This document shows positions 50,730 through 60,342 of a stretch of 64,000 bases of DNA, one piece after another (positions within the stretch are counted from its first letter, which is position 1; each line of letters starts with the position of its first letter). Made by a program: the position numbers and the translations under genes. The stretch is from Candidatus Magasanikiibacteriota bacterium (GTDB lineage Bacteria; Patescibacteriota; Patescibacteriia; Magasanikbacterales; GWA2-37-8). The stretch is from assembly GCA_017991415.1 (NCBI GenBank), contig JAGOQR010000003.1:44279-108278 (forward strand). The letters run 5' to 3'. The notes beneath the pieces were generated by a model. It was not told where the DNA came from. It saw only the letters and a program-made list of their open reading frames with translations, and searched no databases.

Positions 50730-52453
50730 AAAGTATTAGTGCTTTGTTGTGAATTATAAATCTGCACATATTCAGGTGACGTATCCATTAGGTGCTGGTG
50801 CGTACCGACTCCCACCAACTCCCCTTCCATCAAGACTACAATCTGATCGTAACTTTCAACCGACGCTATCTTTTGGGTAACTGAGACAAGAGTTAACCCA
50901 GGATAATTAGTGGATACATTATCCAAAATTTTCTTTTCAGTGCTCGTATCAACTCGAGCTGTAAAATCATCAAGTAATAATACTTTTGGGTTAATAGCAA
51001 GTGCACGAGCAAGCATAATACGCTGCTTTTGTCCGCCCGACAAACTAGTGCCACGTTCGGACACAATCGTATTTAAACCTTCTGGTAAGCTGCTAATAAA
51101 ATCTGACAGCTCAGCGGTCTCAATTGCCTTTTGCAGATCTACTTCTGCAACGGCAGTATTAAAAGCAATATTTTCTCGCAAAGAAATATTAAAGATAATA
51201 CTATCTTGAAATACCAGCCCCACTTGTTTATATAAATTTTCTCGTTTATATTCGGCGAGTGGATGGCTGTCGTACTTAATCACACCAGTTGTAGGTGAAA
51301 TAAGTCCAACTAACAAGTTGAGCAACTGGGTTTTACCTGCAGCTGTAGGGCCGATAATAGCCACCTTACTGCCTGGGGTAATAGTAAGCGAAACATCTTT
51401 AAGGGCTGATTTTTCTCCATACTGCAGACCTACTTTTTCTATTTGAATACTACCATGTAATGGAGCAATAATTGTACCGTCATCTTTTGGCTCTGGCGCG
51501 GCGAGCACCGCAGCAATACGTCCATACGAAGCTTGGGCTTGGGCCATAATATTACTCACAAAACCGAGGATAAAAATAGGAAAGATTAAAATAACTAAAT
51601 AACTATTAAACGAAGCAAAATCTCCCAAACTCATAGTGCCATTAATAATGAATTTACCACCTAACACTAAAATAATAAGCACTGCCAAGTTGGAGGCAAA
51701 TGTAATTATCGGAATCATAGCCGAAAAAAGTTTAAGAATACTAATACCCACATCTCTCGCTTTACTATTAGCTTCGGCAAATTTATTATGCTCTAGTTTG
51801 TGCGAGTTAAGCACACGAATCAAGGCTGCGCCCAAAATAGTTTCGTTAATCACTTTATTAAGCCAATCAATAACTTCGCGGGTTTGCAAAAACAAGGTGC
51901 GAACTTTACCAAGAATTATAAAAAATGTAGCTCCAATAATTGGCAGGATAACAAGCACTGCCAAGCCTAATTTCCAATTAATAGAGATAAGTAAAATACT
52001 ACCGCCGATAATAAGAAAAATAGAAGAGACGACGTTAACCACAGCTTGTGAAACAAAGTTTTTAACAGAATCTATATCTGAAGTTAAGTTGGTAAGCAGT
52101 TTGGATGGAGTAACCTCTTGCACCTGAGCAAAGGTATGATTAGAAATTTTTTCAGACAAATCATTGCGTAAATCCCGGGCTACTCGTTCGGAAGCATAGG
52201 TCTGCACAATGTTTTGCAAATAAACAAAAATAAAAATTAAAGCCGAAGCAATACCAAATTGCCACAAGATGACAGTAAGAGACCCTGCACGTAAAAAACT
52301 ATCAATACCATGAGACATTAAGCGTGGCAACCAGAGAGCAAGGGCATTACTCGCAATAGTAAGCACGACGAGCGGAATAATTAGCTTTCGATACGGTTTA
52401 AGCAGGGAAAATAAGTTTGGCTGGCCGGGTTTTTGCGCTTCAGGTTTGTTCAT
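50726..52453 (-). CDS. ABC exporter, fused permease-ATPase subunit (heterodimer partner)
   Basis: 575 aa with Walker A GPTAAGKTQ, signature LSGGQKQR and Walker B LLLDDFT. The 4-bp overlap with the downstream partner indicates an operon. Confidence 0.85.
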   Translation of the reverse strand: MNKPEAQKPGQPNLFSLLKPYRKLIIPLVVLTIASNALALWLPRLMSHGIDSFLRAGSLTVILWQFGIASALIFIFVYLQNIVQTYASERVARDLRNDLSEKISNHTFAQVQEVTPSKLLTNLTSDIDSVKNFVSQAVVNVVSSIFLIIGGSILLISINWKLGLAVLVILPIIGATFFIILGKVRTLFLQTREVIDWLNKVINETILGAALIRVLNSHKLEHNKFAEANSKARDVGISILKLFSAMIPIITFASNLAVLIILVLGGKFIINGTMSLGDFASFNSYLVILIFPIFILGFVSNIMAQAQASYGRIAAVLAAPEPKDDGTIIAPLHGSIQIEKVGLQYGEKSALKDVSLTITPGSKVAIIGPTAAGKTQLLNLLVGLISPTTGVIKYDSHPLAEYKRENLYKQVGLVFQDSIIFNISLRENIAFNTAVAEVDLQKAIETAELSDFISSLPEGLNTIVSERGTSLSGGQKQRIMLARALAINPKVLLLDDFTARVDTSTEKKILDNVSTNYPGLTLVSVTQKIASVESYDQIVVLMEGELVGVGTHQHLMDTSPEYVQIYNSQQSTNTL

Positions 52454-52893
52454 ATAGTATTAGTAATATTACTTGCAATTTTTTTATTAATAGCAGCATA
52501 CTGCACCAGCTCTTCGTCGGTCAAGACACTAAACAGTTTTTTCATTTTCTCTTGGCTCTGCTCTTCAAACTCTTTGAATAATTTTTTGGCTTTTGTAGAT
52601 AAGGACAAGGCAATTACCCGCCGATCGATAGGGTTATCGGTCCGTACCAAATACCCATTATTAGCCAGGCCGTCTACCAGTTGAGTAGCAGCACTACTGG
52701 TAATATGGAGCGACTGGGCTATAGCTTTAACATTGGTATTGTTATGCTCGGCAATAAACCGCAAAACAAACCCCTGCGAAGGGGTAATGGCTCTATCTTT
52801 TTCTTTTTTGCCTGTATAACCAACCATGAGCTTGTGCCGCATGGCATGCAAGTTACACAGAAGTTCTTCCGTTACTTTTTTACGGTTTACCAT
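52450..52893 (-). CDS. MarR-family transcriptional regulator
   Basis: 147 aa winged HTH. Overlaps the start of the ABC operon by 4 bp. Confidence 0.75.
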   Translation of the reverse strand: MVNRKKVTEELLCNLHAMRHKLMVGYTGKKEKDRAITPSQGFVLRFIAEHNNTNVKAIAQSLHITSSAATQLVDGLANNGYLVRTDNPIDRRVIALSLSTKAKKLFKEFEEQSQEKMKKLFSVLTDEELVQYAAINKKIASNITNTI

Positions 52894-53016
52894 AGTAAAC
52901 GCTTTATATATTAGATACTTAATATATTAGCAGCTTATTTAATTTATGTCAACATGCCTATACTAGAATAAACGAAATTAAAAAAGCCCCATAAAAGGGC
53001 TTATTAAGAATAGGTT

Positions 53017-53259
53017 TTATACCCTCACCCCAAACATACCTAGTGCCAATCGTACAAAATAGAATGTAGCCACCTGCATCGCATAAAGCCAAATTTCTCC
53101 AAACATCTGCACGTTCCAAACCTTATAAGAAATAAATAGAACGGTAGAATGAGCTAGAAAATAAGCTGTATTGTTAATAAATCGTTTTGTAGAAAGGCTT
53201 AGAGTTTTCTTAGGTTTATAAGTTCTCCAAGTTTGAGACATATACATCGCTTTATACAT
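53017..53259 (-). CDS. Small hydrophobic protein (80 aa) immediately downstream of lexA
   Basis: Basic N-terminus (KPKKTLSLSTKRF) followed by two predicted TM helices. Lies 17 bp after the lexA stop. A terminator hairpin (agccc-cataaaa-gggct) follows at 52984-53010. Confidence 0.4.
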   Translation of the reverse strand: MYKAMYMSQTWRTYKPKKTLSLSTKRFINNTAYFLAHSTVLFISYKVWNVQMFGEIWLYAMQVATFYFVRLALGMFGVRV

Positions 53260-53276
53260 ACTAGTAGATATAATAA

Positions 53277-53912
53277 TTAATTTTTAATAACTCGTACCAC
53301 TACTCCATTGAGCAAATACCCAGATGTTTCTAGATCGTCTTTGTGCATAATAATGGGCGGGAAGTCTTTGGTCGATTCTGATACCAGCCGGATTTCTTGT
53401 TTTTTATCGTCTTTAAAAAACTTTTTAAAGTTGGCCATGCCATCTATGATTGAGAGTACATAGTTGCCATTTATTGGCCGTTGCTTACTATCTACAATTA
53501 CATAGTCTCCGTTTTCGATACTGTCGCCATCTATATTTGCCTTATTGAGCGAATCCCCCACTGCACGGACCGCGATAAGCCCTTCGGGTTTTGATTTCTG
53601 CAGCGACCGCGGCGAAATTTTGAGATATCCGGTAATGTCTTCCTGCGCTAGCTGCGCGGCCGGACCACAGTTGGCCGCACCGACAATGGGAATGTTAAAG
53701 AAACTATCCACGACAAAGGCTTTTGGTTTGGCAACGCGTTGTTTTTTGTGCGTATCCAGATACAAGAGCCCTTTTTTCTTTAACTGTTCCAAGTGGTAGA
53801 TAACAGTCTGTGGATTGGGAATACCGAGCTCTCGGCCAATCTCCCGAAAATTCATTTTGGAAATATCTTTTTTCTTGGCCAGGTCTATAATTTTTTCTTG
53901 GTTCTCATTCAT
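53277..53912 (-). CDS. lexA: LexA repressor
   Basis: 211 aa with an N-terminal winged HTH, an Ala-Gly cleavage site (VGAANCG) and S24 peptidase Ser/Lys motifs (GDSLN...K). Confidence 0.85.
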   Translation of the reverse strand: MNENQEKIIDLAKKKDISKMNFREIGRELGIPNPQTVIYHLEQLKKKGLLYLDTHKKQRVAKPKAFVVDSFFNIPIVGAANCGPAAQLAQEDITGYLKISPRSLQKSKPEGLIAVRAVGDSLNKANIDGDSIENGDYVIVDSKQRPINGNYVLSIIDGMANFKKFFKDDKKQEIRLVSESTKDFPPIIMHKDDLETSGYLLNGVVVRVIKN

Positions 53913-54032
53913 ACAAGCATTGTTAATGAGTTAGAAATTTTACCTTTCATTCTAGGCGCAGAGAAGGATCCTTATACTTAGTAACCAGTACCATGCTTAA
54001 GGGATTCTTCACTTTGCTCAGAATGATAAAGA

Positions 54033-54062
54033 TAGTATAACACACATTATTTATCTTGTCAA
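54033..54062 (-). promoter_or_regulatory. lexA promoter (consensus-like sigma70)
   Basis: Read on the minus strand: TTGACA, a 17-nt spacer, then TATACT. Upstream is a dyad ACACT-N6-AGTGT (54074-54089). Downstream of the -10 is TGAGCAAAGTGAA (54008-54020), sharing a 9-mer with the recA upstream region. Confidence 0.55.
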
Positions 54063-54118
54063 GAGATTTATTGACACTATTGACAGTGTTTATATTATTA
54101 ACAATAATATAGCTAAGA

Positions 54119-54160
54119 TAAAACAAAATAACCACCTGGAATGGTGATTATTTTGTTTTA
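54119..54160. terminator. Bidirectional terminator after the large FN3 surface-protein gene
   Basis: aaaacaaaataaccacc-tggaa-tggtgattattttgtttt. Confidence 0.55.
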
Positions 54161-54186
54161 TCGAGTGGATAACTATTTTAGTTTTA

Positions 54187-57100
54187 CTAGTTGCCTGCTT
54201 TTATTTCTAGAGCCAAAGCACTGGACTCCCAAACATCTGCACCAGCCGGATCGGTCATATCATTCCAGGTTACGTTCGTTGAACTACTACCTGTTCGTGT
54301 TTGAGTTTCCATATCTCCGTATCCATACGAAGTTGCTTGATCAAATATTTCTGTCCAACCAGTACCTGGAGTTGCAAGACTATTAGTGTTATTGTTGTCG
54401 GTCGTACCCTTGGTAGCTACCACCACACTATTAGTGGCTGGTGCAGCTGACAAGTTAATAGTTGCGGCGGCCATTCCAAGGCTTGATCCACTTGCAGTAG
54501 CTCCAACTGGAGATGCAGTGTCATGCCCCGTAAATGCTATCACTTGAATATTAACGCGAGTTGGGTCGCTCCCCGAAGTGCCAGTGCCAGCAAAGGTGAT
54601 GGCCATTGGCGCAGCTGTACCAACTTGAGCTGTCCAAATTTCCTGCACATACTCATAACCAAATGGATGGTTTGGTGAGGTAAAAGATAGTTGTCTTGTC
54701 CAGGTTAATCCACCACCTGATACGGCGATAGTACCTTGTGTTTGATTGTTAACTGATAATGTACTGACAACCAACAATGAATTACTTGGCGGGGTAAAGG
54801 TTGCGCCAGTTACGGAAATTGGAGAGTTGGCTGCCTCAGTCAGTAATTGACTTTGAATATTTGTCTGAGTAAGGGTACCACTACCAGGATTTGCTACGGA
54901 AAATGAAACTGACGAATCATTGGAAGTGTTAGTAGCTGCGTCTTGGCATTTTACATAATATGTATACGAACTTCCATTAGTTAGACCAGAAAGCGTTGTG
55001 CTGTGTGCTGTTGCGCCCGTTGTACCAAACGGAGTCATTGCAGCAAATGAAGCACCGGAAACTGTAGCATACCTACAAATAGCATTTTCATTTGTTGTAA
55101 CACTTAAAGTTGTATTAGTAGTTCCAGAAGACAAAACCGCATTTTGAGCAGGCGCAGCGACAATCACCGTTGGTGGAGTAGTGTCTGCAGGAGGTACTGC
55201 TAAAGTAGTGGTGGAAACAGGAGTAGATGTATCAGAAACATTGCTAGCAGCATCTACGGCTTTCACTGTATAGCTATACAATGTAGAGGCAGTTAAGCCA
55301 GTGTCATTAAAAGAATTTGAAGCTGGGGTTGCAATTGGCGTAGTGTTACCATCACGGAAAACTTGATAACCAGTTACCCCGACATTGTCTGTGGAAGCAG
55401 CCCAACTTAGATTAATTTGTGTATCTGATGCTGGGATTGCAATAAGACTGGTTGGAACAGATGGAGCGATGGTATCAGGAGCAGCAGACTGCACAGCAAT
55501 TAGCCACAGATGCGCTCCCTGTACTGGCGAAGCTGTCCAGGTAACATTATAGGTACCAGCAGTAGTTACTTCTTTTGAAGCAATTACTGTTTGGATTGCA
55601 CAGGTAGTATTAACAAGCTGTGATTCAACTACTGTAAAGCCGTTATTAGGAACTGCAGTCATGCCTTCTTGAGCACCATCTCCAGCCCACAACGCAATGA
55701 GTGTAGCTGGGCCATTAACTGTTACATTAGCACTTGTATTTGGAGCGCTTCCGACTGTTTTAACCCACTGCGCATCAGCAATTACACCGCCATTTTTAAT
55801 TTCTACAACACCCATCGTAACTTCGTCTGAAGATGGTAATTGAGTGCTAAAAATATGATTTGCTCCGCCATTTGCAGATGTTACTTGGTACATCGCTTCA
55901 CCAGAAGTAGGCCAGTACGGAGAATAATCATGCACTGTACCAATCATATTAAACACGTTCCCTTTATTGTCTGTAGGAACAGCCGTAAAATCACCAATCA
56001 CACCACGTGCTACCCAAGCAAGTAATGTACTATTTGAAGTTTGTGTAGTAATTGGGGCGGTTGTTAGTGTGCCATTACTATTACATGGGTACCAAGCAAT
56101 TGCATGAGCGCCGAGTGAGGCCGCACCAGTTGATGTGTTAGCTTCGGAAGTTGTAGCAGAAGCACCGAGCGAAAATCCAGAGCGATTTCCAGCTGCATCA
56201 TAAGCTCTAACAGTAAAGTTATAACCAGTGGCTGCGGAAAGACCAAAATTACTAAAAGTAGTATTTGCACTGGTACCTACCTGAACACCATCGCGGAAAA
56301 TTTCATACCCAGTTACCGCAACATTATCAGTAGAAGCAGTCCAATTAAGATCTACTTGAGAGCTAGACATCACCGCAGCTGCCAAATTTGTTGGAACTGA
56401 TGGTGCTGTAGTATCTACAGCGGCGGCAGTAGTAAATACTACATTACTGCCTACTCGCTCATTTCCAGCTGCATCTTTGGAACGAACGCGAAAATTGTAC
56501 GTAGTATTTGGATTAAGACCAGAGATAACATGCGAGTGAGAAGTGAGGAGCGTATTGTCGATTGCGGTTGTAGAACCATAACTTGTAGTCAACCCATAAT
56601 TTGCCTGAGACGTAGCAGGTTCATCTGTTGTCCAAGTTATTGTTGCGCTTGTACCTGTAATATTTGTAGCAGCGACTACAGAAATAGTTGGAGCGGTCGT
56701 ATCAAGAATAATAGTTGCGCTTGAAACTGGCGACCAGTTCCCGGCGGCATCTTTAAATTGTGCATACACAGTTTTGACCCCTGCTCCAGTAGCGAGCGTC
56801 CATGAAGCAGTAGTATTATATGCAACTGCAGTGTTAAAACTAGTACCGTTATTTGAAAAACGCATTTGGGTAATGGAAGTTACTGCGTCGGTAGCAGATA
56901 AGGTAAGAGTAGCTGCCGTACTATTAGTATAGGCGGCACCACCATTGATTACTATCGTTCCGGCTGCAGGCACTTCGTTATCTACCGTAACATTTATAAT
57001 ACTCGTCGCACTATTACGAGCTGCATCCCGACCACGCGCAGAAATTGTATGTAAACCATTTGAAACTAAGGTAGAGTTCCAACTCATTGTATATGGCGAA

Positions 57101-57345
57101 ACAGTGTCCTCAACACCTAAATTAATACTTTCATCCAGAATAAACTGTACACCTACCACCCCAACCGCATCAGAAGCGGTGGCAGTAAGAGTAAGCGCAC
57201 TACCGGCCACAAATGTGTCGGCAACTGGCACCGTGGCTCTAACCACAGGTGGAGTATTATCGGCGGCAAGTGCTGCCGAACCAAAACCTAACACGGCGAC
57301 GACACCTACCAAAATCGCCGAGAGACGTACGTATGCATGCTGCAT
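54187..57345 (-). CDS. Very large secreted Thr/Ala/Ser-rich surface protein with repeated fibronectin type III-like and Ig-like domains
   Basis: 1052 aa with a signal peptide (VGVVAVLGFGSAALAADN) and at least three FN3-like units (e.g. TAPTISVVAATNITGTSATITWTTDEPATSQANYGLTTSYG...YNFRVRSKDAAGN; APSVPTNLAAAVMSSSQVDLNWTAS...YNFTVRAYDAAGN). Confidence 0.65.
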   Translation of the reverse strand: MQHAYVRLSAILVGVVAVLGFGSAALAADNTPPVVRATVPVADTFVAGSALTLTATASDAVGVVGVQFILDESINLGVEDTVSPYTMSWNSTLVSNGLHTISARGRDAARNSATSIINVTVDNEVPAAGTIVINGGAAYTNSTAATLTLSATDAVTSITQMRFSNNGTSFNTAVAYNTTASWTLATGAGVKTVYAQFKDAAGNWSPVSSATIILDTTAPTISVVAATNITGTSATITWTTDEPATSQANYGLTTSYGSTTAIDNTLLTSHSHVISGLNPNTTYNFRVRSKDAAGNERVGSNVVFTTAAAVDTTAPSVPTNLAAAVMSSSQVDLNWTASTDNVAVTGYEIFRDGVQVGTSANTTFSNFGLSAATGYNFTVRAYDAAGNRSGFSLGASATTSEANTSTGAASLGAHAIAWYPCNSNGTLTTAPITTQTSNSTLLAWVARGVIGDFTAVPTDNKGNVFNMIGTVHDYSPYWPTSGEAMYQVTSANGGANHIFSTQLPSSDEVTMGVVEIKNGGVIADAQWVKTVGSAPNTSANVTVNGPATLIALWAGDGAQEGMTAVPNNGFTVVESQLVNTTCAIQTVIASKEVTTAGTYNVTWTASPVQGAHLWLIAVQSAAPDTIAPSVPTSLIAIPASDTQINLSWAASTDNVGVTGYQVFRDGNTTPIATPASNSFNDTGLTASTLYSYTVKAVDAASNVSDTSTPVSTTTLAVPPADTTPPTVIVAAPAQNAVLSSGTTNTTLSVTTNENAICRYATVSGASFAAMTPFGTTGATAHSTTLSGLTNGSSYTYYVKCQDAATNTSNDSSVSFSVANPGSGTLTQTNIQSQLLTEAANSPISVTGATFTPPSNSLLVVSTLSVNNQTQGTIAVSGGGLTWTRQLSFTSPNHPFGYEYVQEIWTAQVGTAAPMAITFAGTGTSGSDPTRVNIQVIAFTGHDTASPVGATASGSSLGMAAATINLSAAPATNSVVVATKGTTDNNNTNSLATPGTGWTEIFDQATSYGYGDMETQTRTGSSSTNVTWNDMTDPAGADVWESSALALEIKAGN

Positions 57346-57410
57346 AGATTATATTAAATGAATAAATTTAAATTAACGACTGATGATGAGTATAACAAAA
57401 TTGAATATTA

Positions 57411-57451
57411 AAAACAAATACTGTGCAAGGGGTGCTCGCACAGTATTTGTT
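57411..57451. terminator. Strong hairpin terminator (perfect 15-bp stem) downstream of the methyltransferase gene
   Basis: aaacaaatactgtgc-aaggggtgctc-gcacagtatttgttt. Confidence 0.6.
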
Positions 57452-57471
57452 TAAACAACTCAGAATTTTTG

Positions 57472-58266
57472 CTAGCCTATCTTCTTGGTAAAATAGAAAG
57501 TTGAACTGTGTCGACTCTCAAAAATAGCCTTGCTTAAATCTCCGTCATTTACCTCCGCTCTATTAATTTGATAATCTATGTTAAACTCGTCACTTGCCCC
57601 TATCTGCCATTTTTTCAATTCTTTTAACTCACGAACGCTCCAGTCTGGATCTAAACTAGTAATGGTTTTTCCGCACTCTCCTACCATGGTTAAATCACCA
57701 ATAATTACATATCTTGAAATTTTTGTAGTTTCTCTAATTATTTTTGCCCAATTAGATTCATAAGGCGGCCAAGACATCAATACTAAATCGGGCTCTGTAC
57801 CATTTTTACTTAAATCAGACAGAATACTCTGTGCATCTTTTCTAACTACTACATCATTAATAACGGTGGTCTTGTTCGCAACTTGTTCCGCAGGATAACC
57901 ATCTGTTGTTACAAATGATAATGTTCCTGCATCTACATATTTAGAAAGTTTCTTAGTTAAAAAAAGGCTCAACATACCAGAACCTGCACCCAACTCTAAT
58001 ATCACCTTAGGCTTTTTATCACTATCAAGCGCTAACTCACCGACTAAAAACTGACAAAATTTGTTTATATACTCTTCTGTCCAGTATTCCCATTCTGCGA
58101 CGTCAGGGCGGTTAGTACTTTTTATAAACTCTAGAATTTTTTTAGCTACCTCGGCAAATTTTAGGGGGGGACCATTATACTTAGGACCGTATAAGCAAAA
58201 CGGTGGCTTTTCTTGCCATTTTTTTTCGTCCATTTCTATTTCCTGTGGAGTTCTTCTACCTTCCAT
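57472..58266 (-). CDS. Class I SAM-dependent methyltransferase (substrate unknown)
   Basis: 264 aa with motif I VILELGAGSGMLS and a downstream acidic motif II-like DLVLMSWPP. Confidence 0.55.
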   Translation of the reverse strand: MEGRRTPQEIEMDEKKWQEKPPFCLYGPKYNGPPLKFAEVAKKILEFIKSTNRPDVAEWEYWTEEYINKFCQFLVGELALDSDKKPKVILELGAGSGMLSLFLTKKLSKYVDAGTLSFVTTDGYPAEQVANKTTVINDVVVRKDAQSILSDLSKNGTEPDLVLMSWPPYESNWAKIIRETTKISRYVIIGDLTMVGECGKTITSLDPDWSVRELKELKKWQIGASDEFNIDYQINRAEVNDGDLSKAIFESRHSSTFYFTKKIG

Positions 58267-58450
58267 AAAAAAATATTTTGATTATATAAAAAAACCAAGT
58301 ACAGCACTTAAAATATTCTAAGTTACATTCAATGCGAACCGATCGGATTACGCACCCATTGTACCATAATCAACATAGTGCTCTCTAACACTTCTACCCA
58401 AATTTAAATTGATACACTCAGGCCATTGAATCAAGCGGGATTACTAGTAA

Positions 58451-59314
58451 CTAGTTTAAAGCGCAACACTGAGGATTCTTTCCATTTACCGTACCTGAGT
58501 CAACAATTATACCTAGATCTATATCATTTTTAAAACAGGCTGTACCTACACTTGTAACGGCTGCTGCGTAACCTTTCTGCGCAACACAATCTTCCATAGT
58601 TACAGTCTTTGAAACATTTGCCTTTTGTCCACCTGTGCCAAAATATTCTCCCCAGCAATCCATGCCGCTAAAATCTGCTGTAGAAAAATTACCCTCTTTC
58701 CAGTTGCTAAATACTTTTAGCAAGTCTGCCGCATTATAAAATTTGCAACTGCCTTCACGGCCTACCAAAGATCGAGCTGCCTTGTTTGACTCCTGCTGTT
58801 GTTGCGCAACTTCTTCATTTGTCATGCCGCTATCCAACATCTGCTGAACTGCTTCTTTAGTAAAAGAAACACTGCCATCTGTAACTTTCAGATAAAATAC
58901 ACACTCATTTCCTTGCCTCCCTTTAATTTCATAAACTGCAGCGGATTTAGAAAACATGCCGAATATTTCACCTTCATCTTTACTAATTATTTTTGCTAAC
59001 GTGCAATTTTTAACAGCGCTGTTAAAACAATTAAAATTTTGATAATTCAGCGAAGTACCACAGTTAACTACGGGTAGCTGGGTAAGTTGTTTTGACGTGG
59101 TATTAGATGAAGTGCTAGACGAAATTACAGGTGTAAACGCCGCTGACTCATCCGACACCACAGAATTTCTGTCGGTTTTTACAAATTTTTGAAAAGCGGT
59201 ATAAGCTCCGCCGCCAATGAGCACGCCTACGATTATAGAAATAGCGATAATTTTCCATGTAGCTAAAACTTGTTTTATGTTTACCTGATTGTTCTGTCCA
59301 AACTGGTTATTCAT
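58451..59314 (-). CDS. Hypothetical membrane-anchored secreted protein
   Basis: 287 aa with an N-terminal TM (IIAISIIVGVLIGGGAY) and a Cys-containing extracellular domain. No recognisable motif. Confidence 0.4.
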   Translation of the reverse strand: MNNQFGQNNQVNIKQVLATWKIIAISIIVGVLIGGGAYTAFQKFVKTDRNSVVSDESAAFTPVISSSTSSNTTSKQLTQLPVVNCGTSLNYQNFNCFNSAVKNCTLAKIISKDEGEIFGMFSKSAAVYEIKGRQGNECVFYLKVTDGSVSFTKEAVQQMLDSGMTNEEVAQQQQESNKAARSLVGREGSCKFYNAADLLKVFSNWKEGNFSTADFSGMDCWGEYFGTGGQKANVSKTVTMEDCVAQKGYAAAVTSVGTACFKNDIDLGIIVDSGTVNGKNPQCCALN

Positions 59315-59391
59315 ATTTTTTAATTTAGAGAATATATAAAATTTTTAGATATGTAATTATTGATAGTAAACTGGAAGAAAAATATTAAACT

Positions 59392-60189
59392 CTACAAATC
59401 AACCTCAACTGCTACCGGACAATGGTCGGAGCCAAGAACATCTTTATGGATTGTCGCTTTGGTAACTTTTGATACTAATTTTTTACTGACAAAGAAGTAA
59501 TCAATTCTCCAGCCAACATTACGGGCACGAGCGTCACCAAAATGACTCCACCATGTATAGTGCCCATTGCCTTTGGTAAAAATACGGAAAGTGTCCGCAA
59601 AACCACGCTTAATTATATTATCTATCCCTTCTCGTTCCTCGTACGTAAAACCGTGTCCGCCGATATTTTCTTTGGGCCGCGCCAAATCATCTTCGGTATG
59701 AGCAACGTTTAAGTCGCCACAAAACACAACTGGTTTCTTTTTTTCCAACTGGCACATATATTCCAAAAATGCCGGATCCCACTGCTTGTGGCGTAATGGA
59801 ATGCGAGAGAGATCTTCTTTGGCATTAGGTGTATATACGGTAACAACGTAGAATTTTTTGAATTCAAGAACCGTGACTCGACCCTCGGCATTAGCATCAC
59901 CATACTTATCACTCACTAGTTTATATTTCTTGGCAATATCTTCTGGAATACCCAACACTACCGAAATCGGTTTAATTTTGGTAAATATAGCCGTCCCGCT
60001 GTACCCTGGTCGCTCTGCCGAATTCCAATACTCTTCATAGTCCGGTAAATCAACTTCGCTCTGATGCTGCTTGGCTTTTGTTTCTTGCAAACACAAAATA
60101 TCGGGTTTGTACTTTTCAATAAAAGGCAGGAACATGCCCTTTTTGTGGACTGCCCGAATTCCGTTGATGTTCCAAGACATTATACGCAT
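59392..60189 (-). CDS. xth: Exodeoxyribonuclease III (AP endonuclease, Xth family)
   Basis: Start reassigned to [13 protein letters not shown]. The ORF-track N-terminal extension runs through tRNA-Ser. Xth motifs include LQETK, GDLNVAH and the C-terminal SDHCPV. Confidence 0.8.
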   Translation of the reverse strand: MRIMSWNINGIRAVHKKGMFLPFIEKYKPDILCLQETKAKQHQSEVDLPDYEEYWNSAERPGYSGTAIFTKIKPISVVLGIPEDIAKKYKLVSDKYGDANAEGRVTVLEFKKFYVVTVYTPNAKEDLSRIPLRHKQWDPAFLEYMCQLEKKKPVVFCGDLNVAHTEDDLARPKENIGGHGFTYEEREGIDNIIKRGFADTFRIFTKGNGHYTWWSHFGDARARNVGWRIDYFFVSKKLVSKVTKATIHKDVLGSDHCPVAVEVDL

Positions 60190-60205
60190 GGTGCTTTTAA
60201 AAAAT

Positions 60206-60291
<86 letters not shown>

Positions 60292-60342
60292 AAAAAGTAT
60301 GATTAGATTAACATAAAGAAATTGAGAAATCAATAGTCATAG

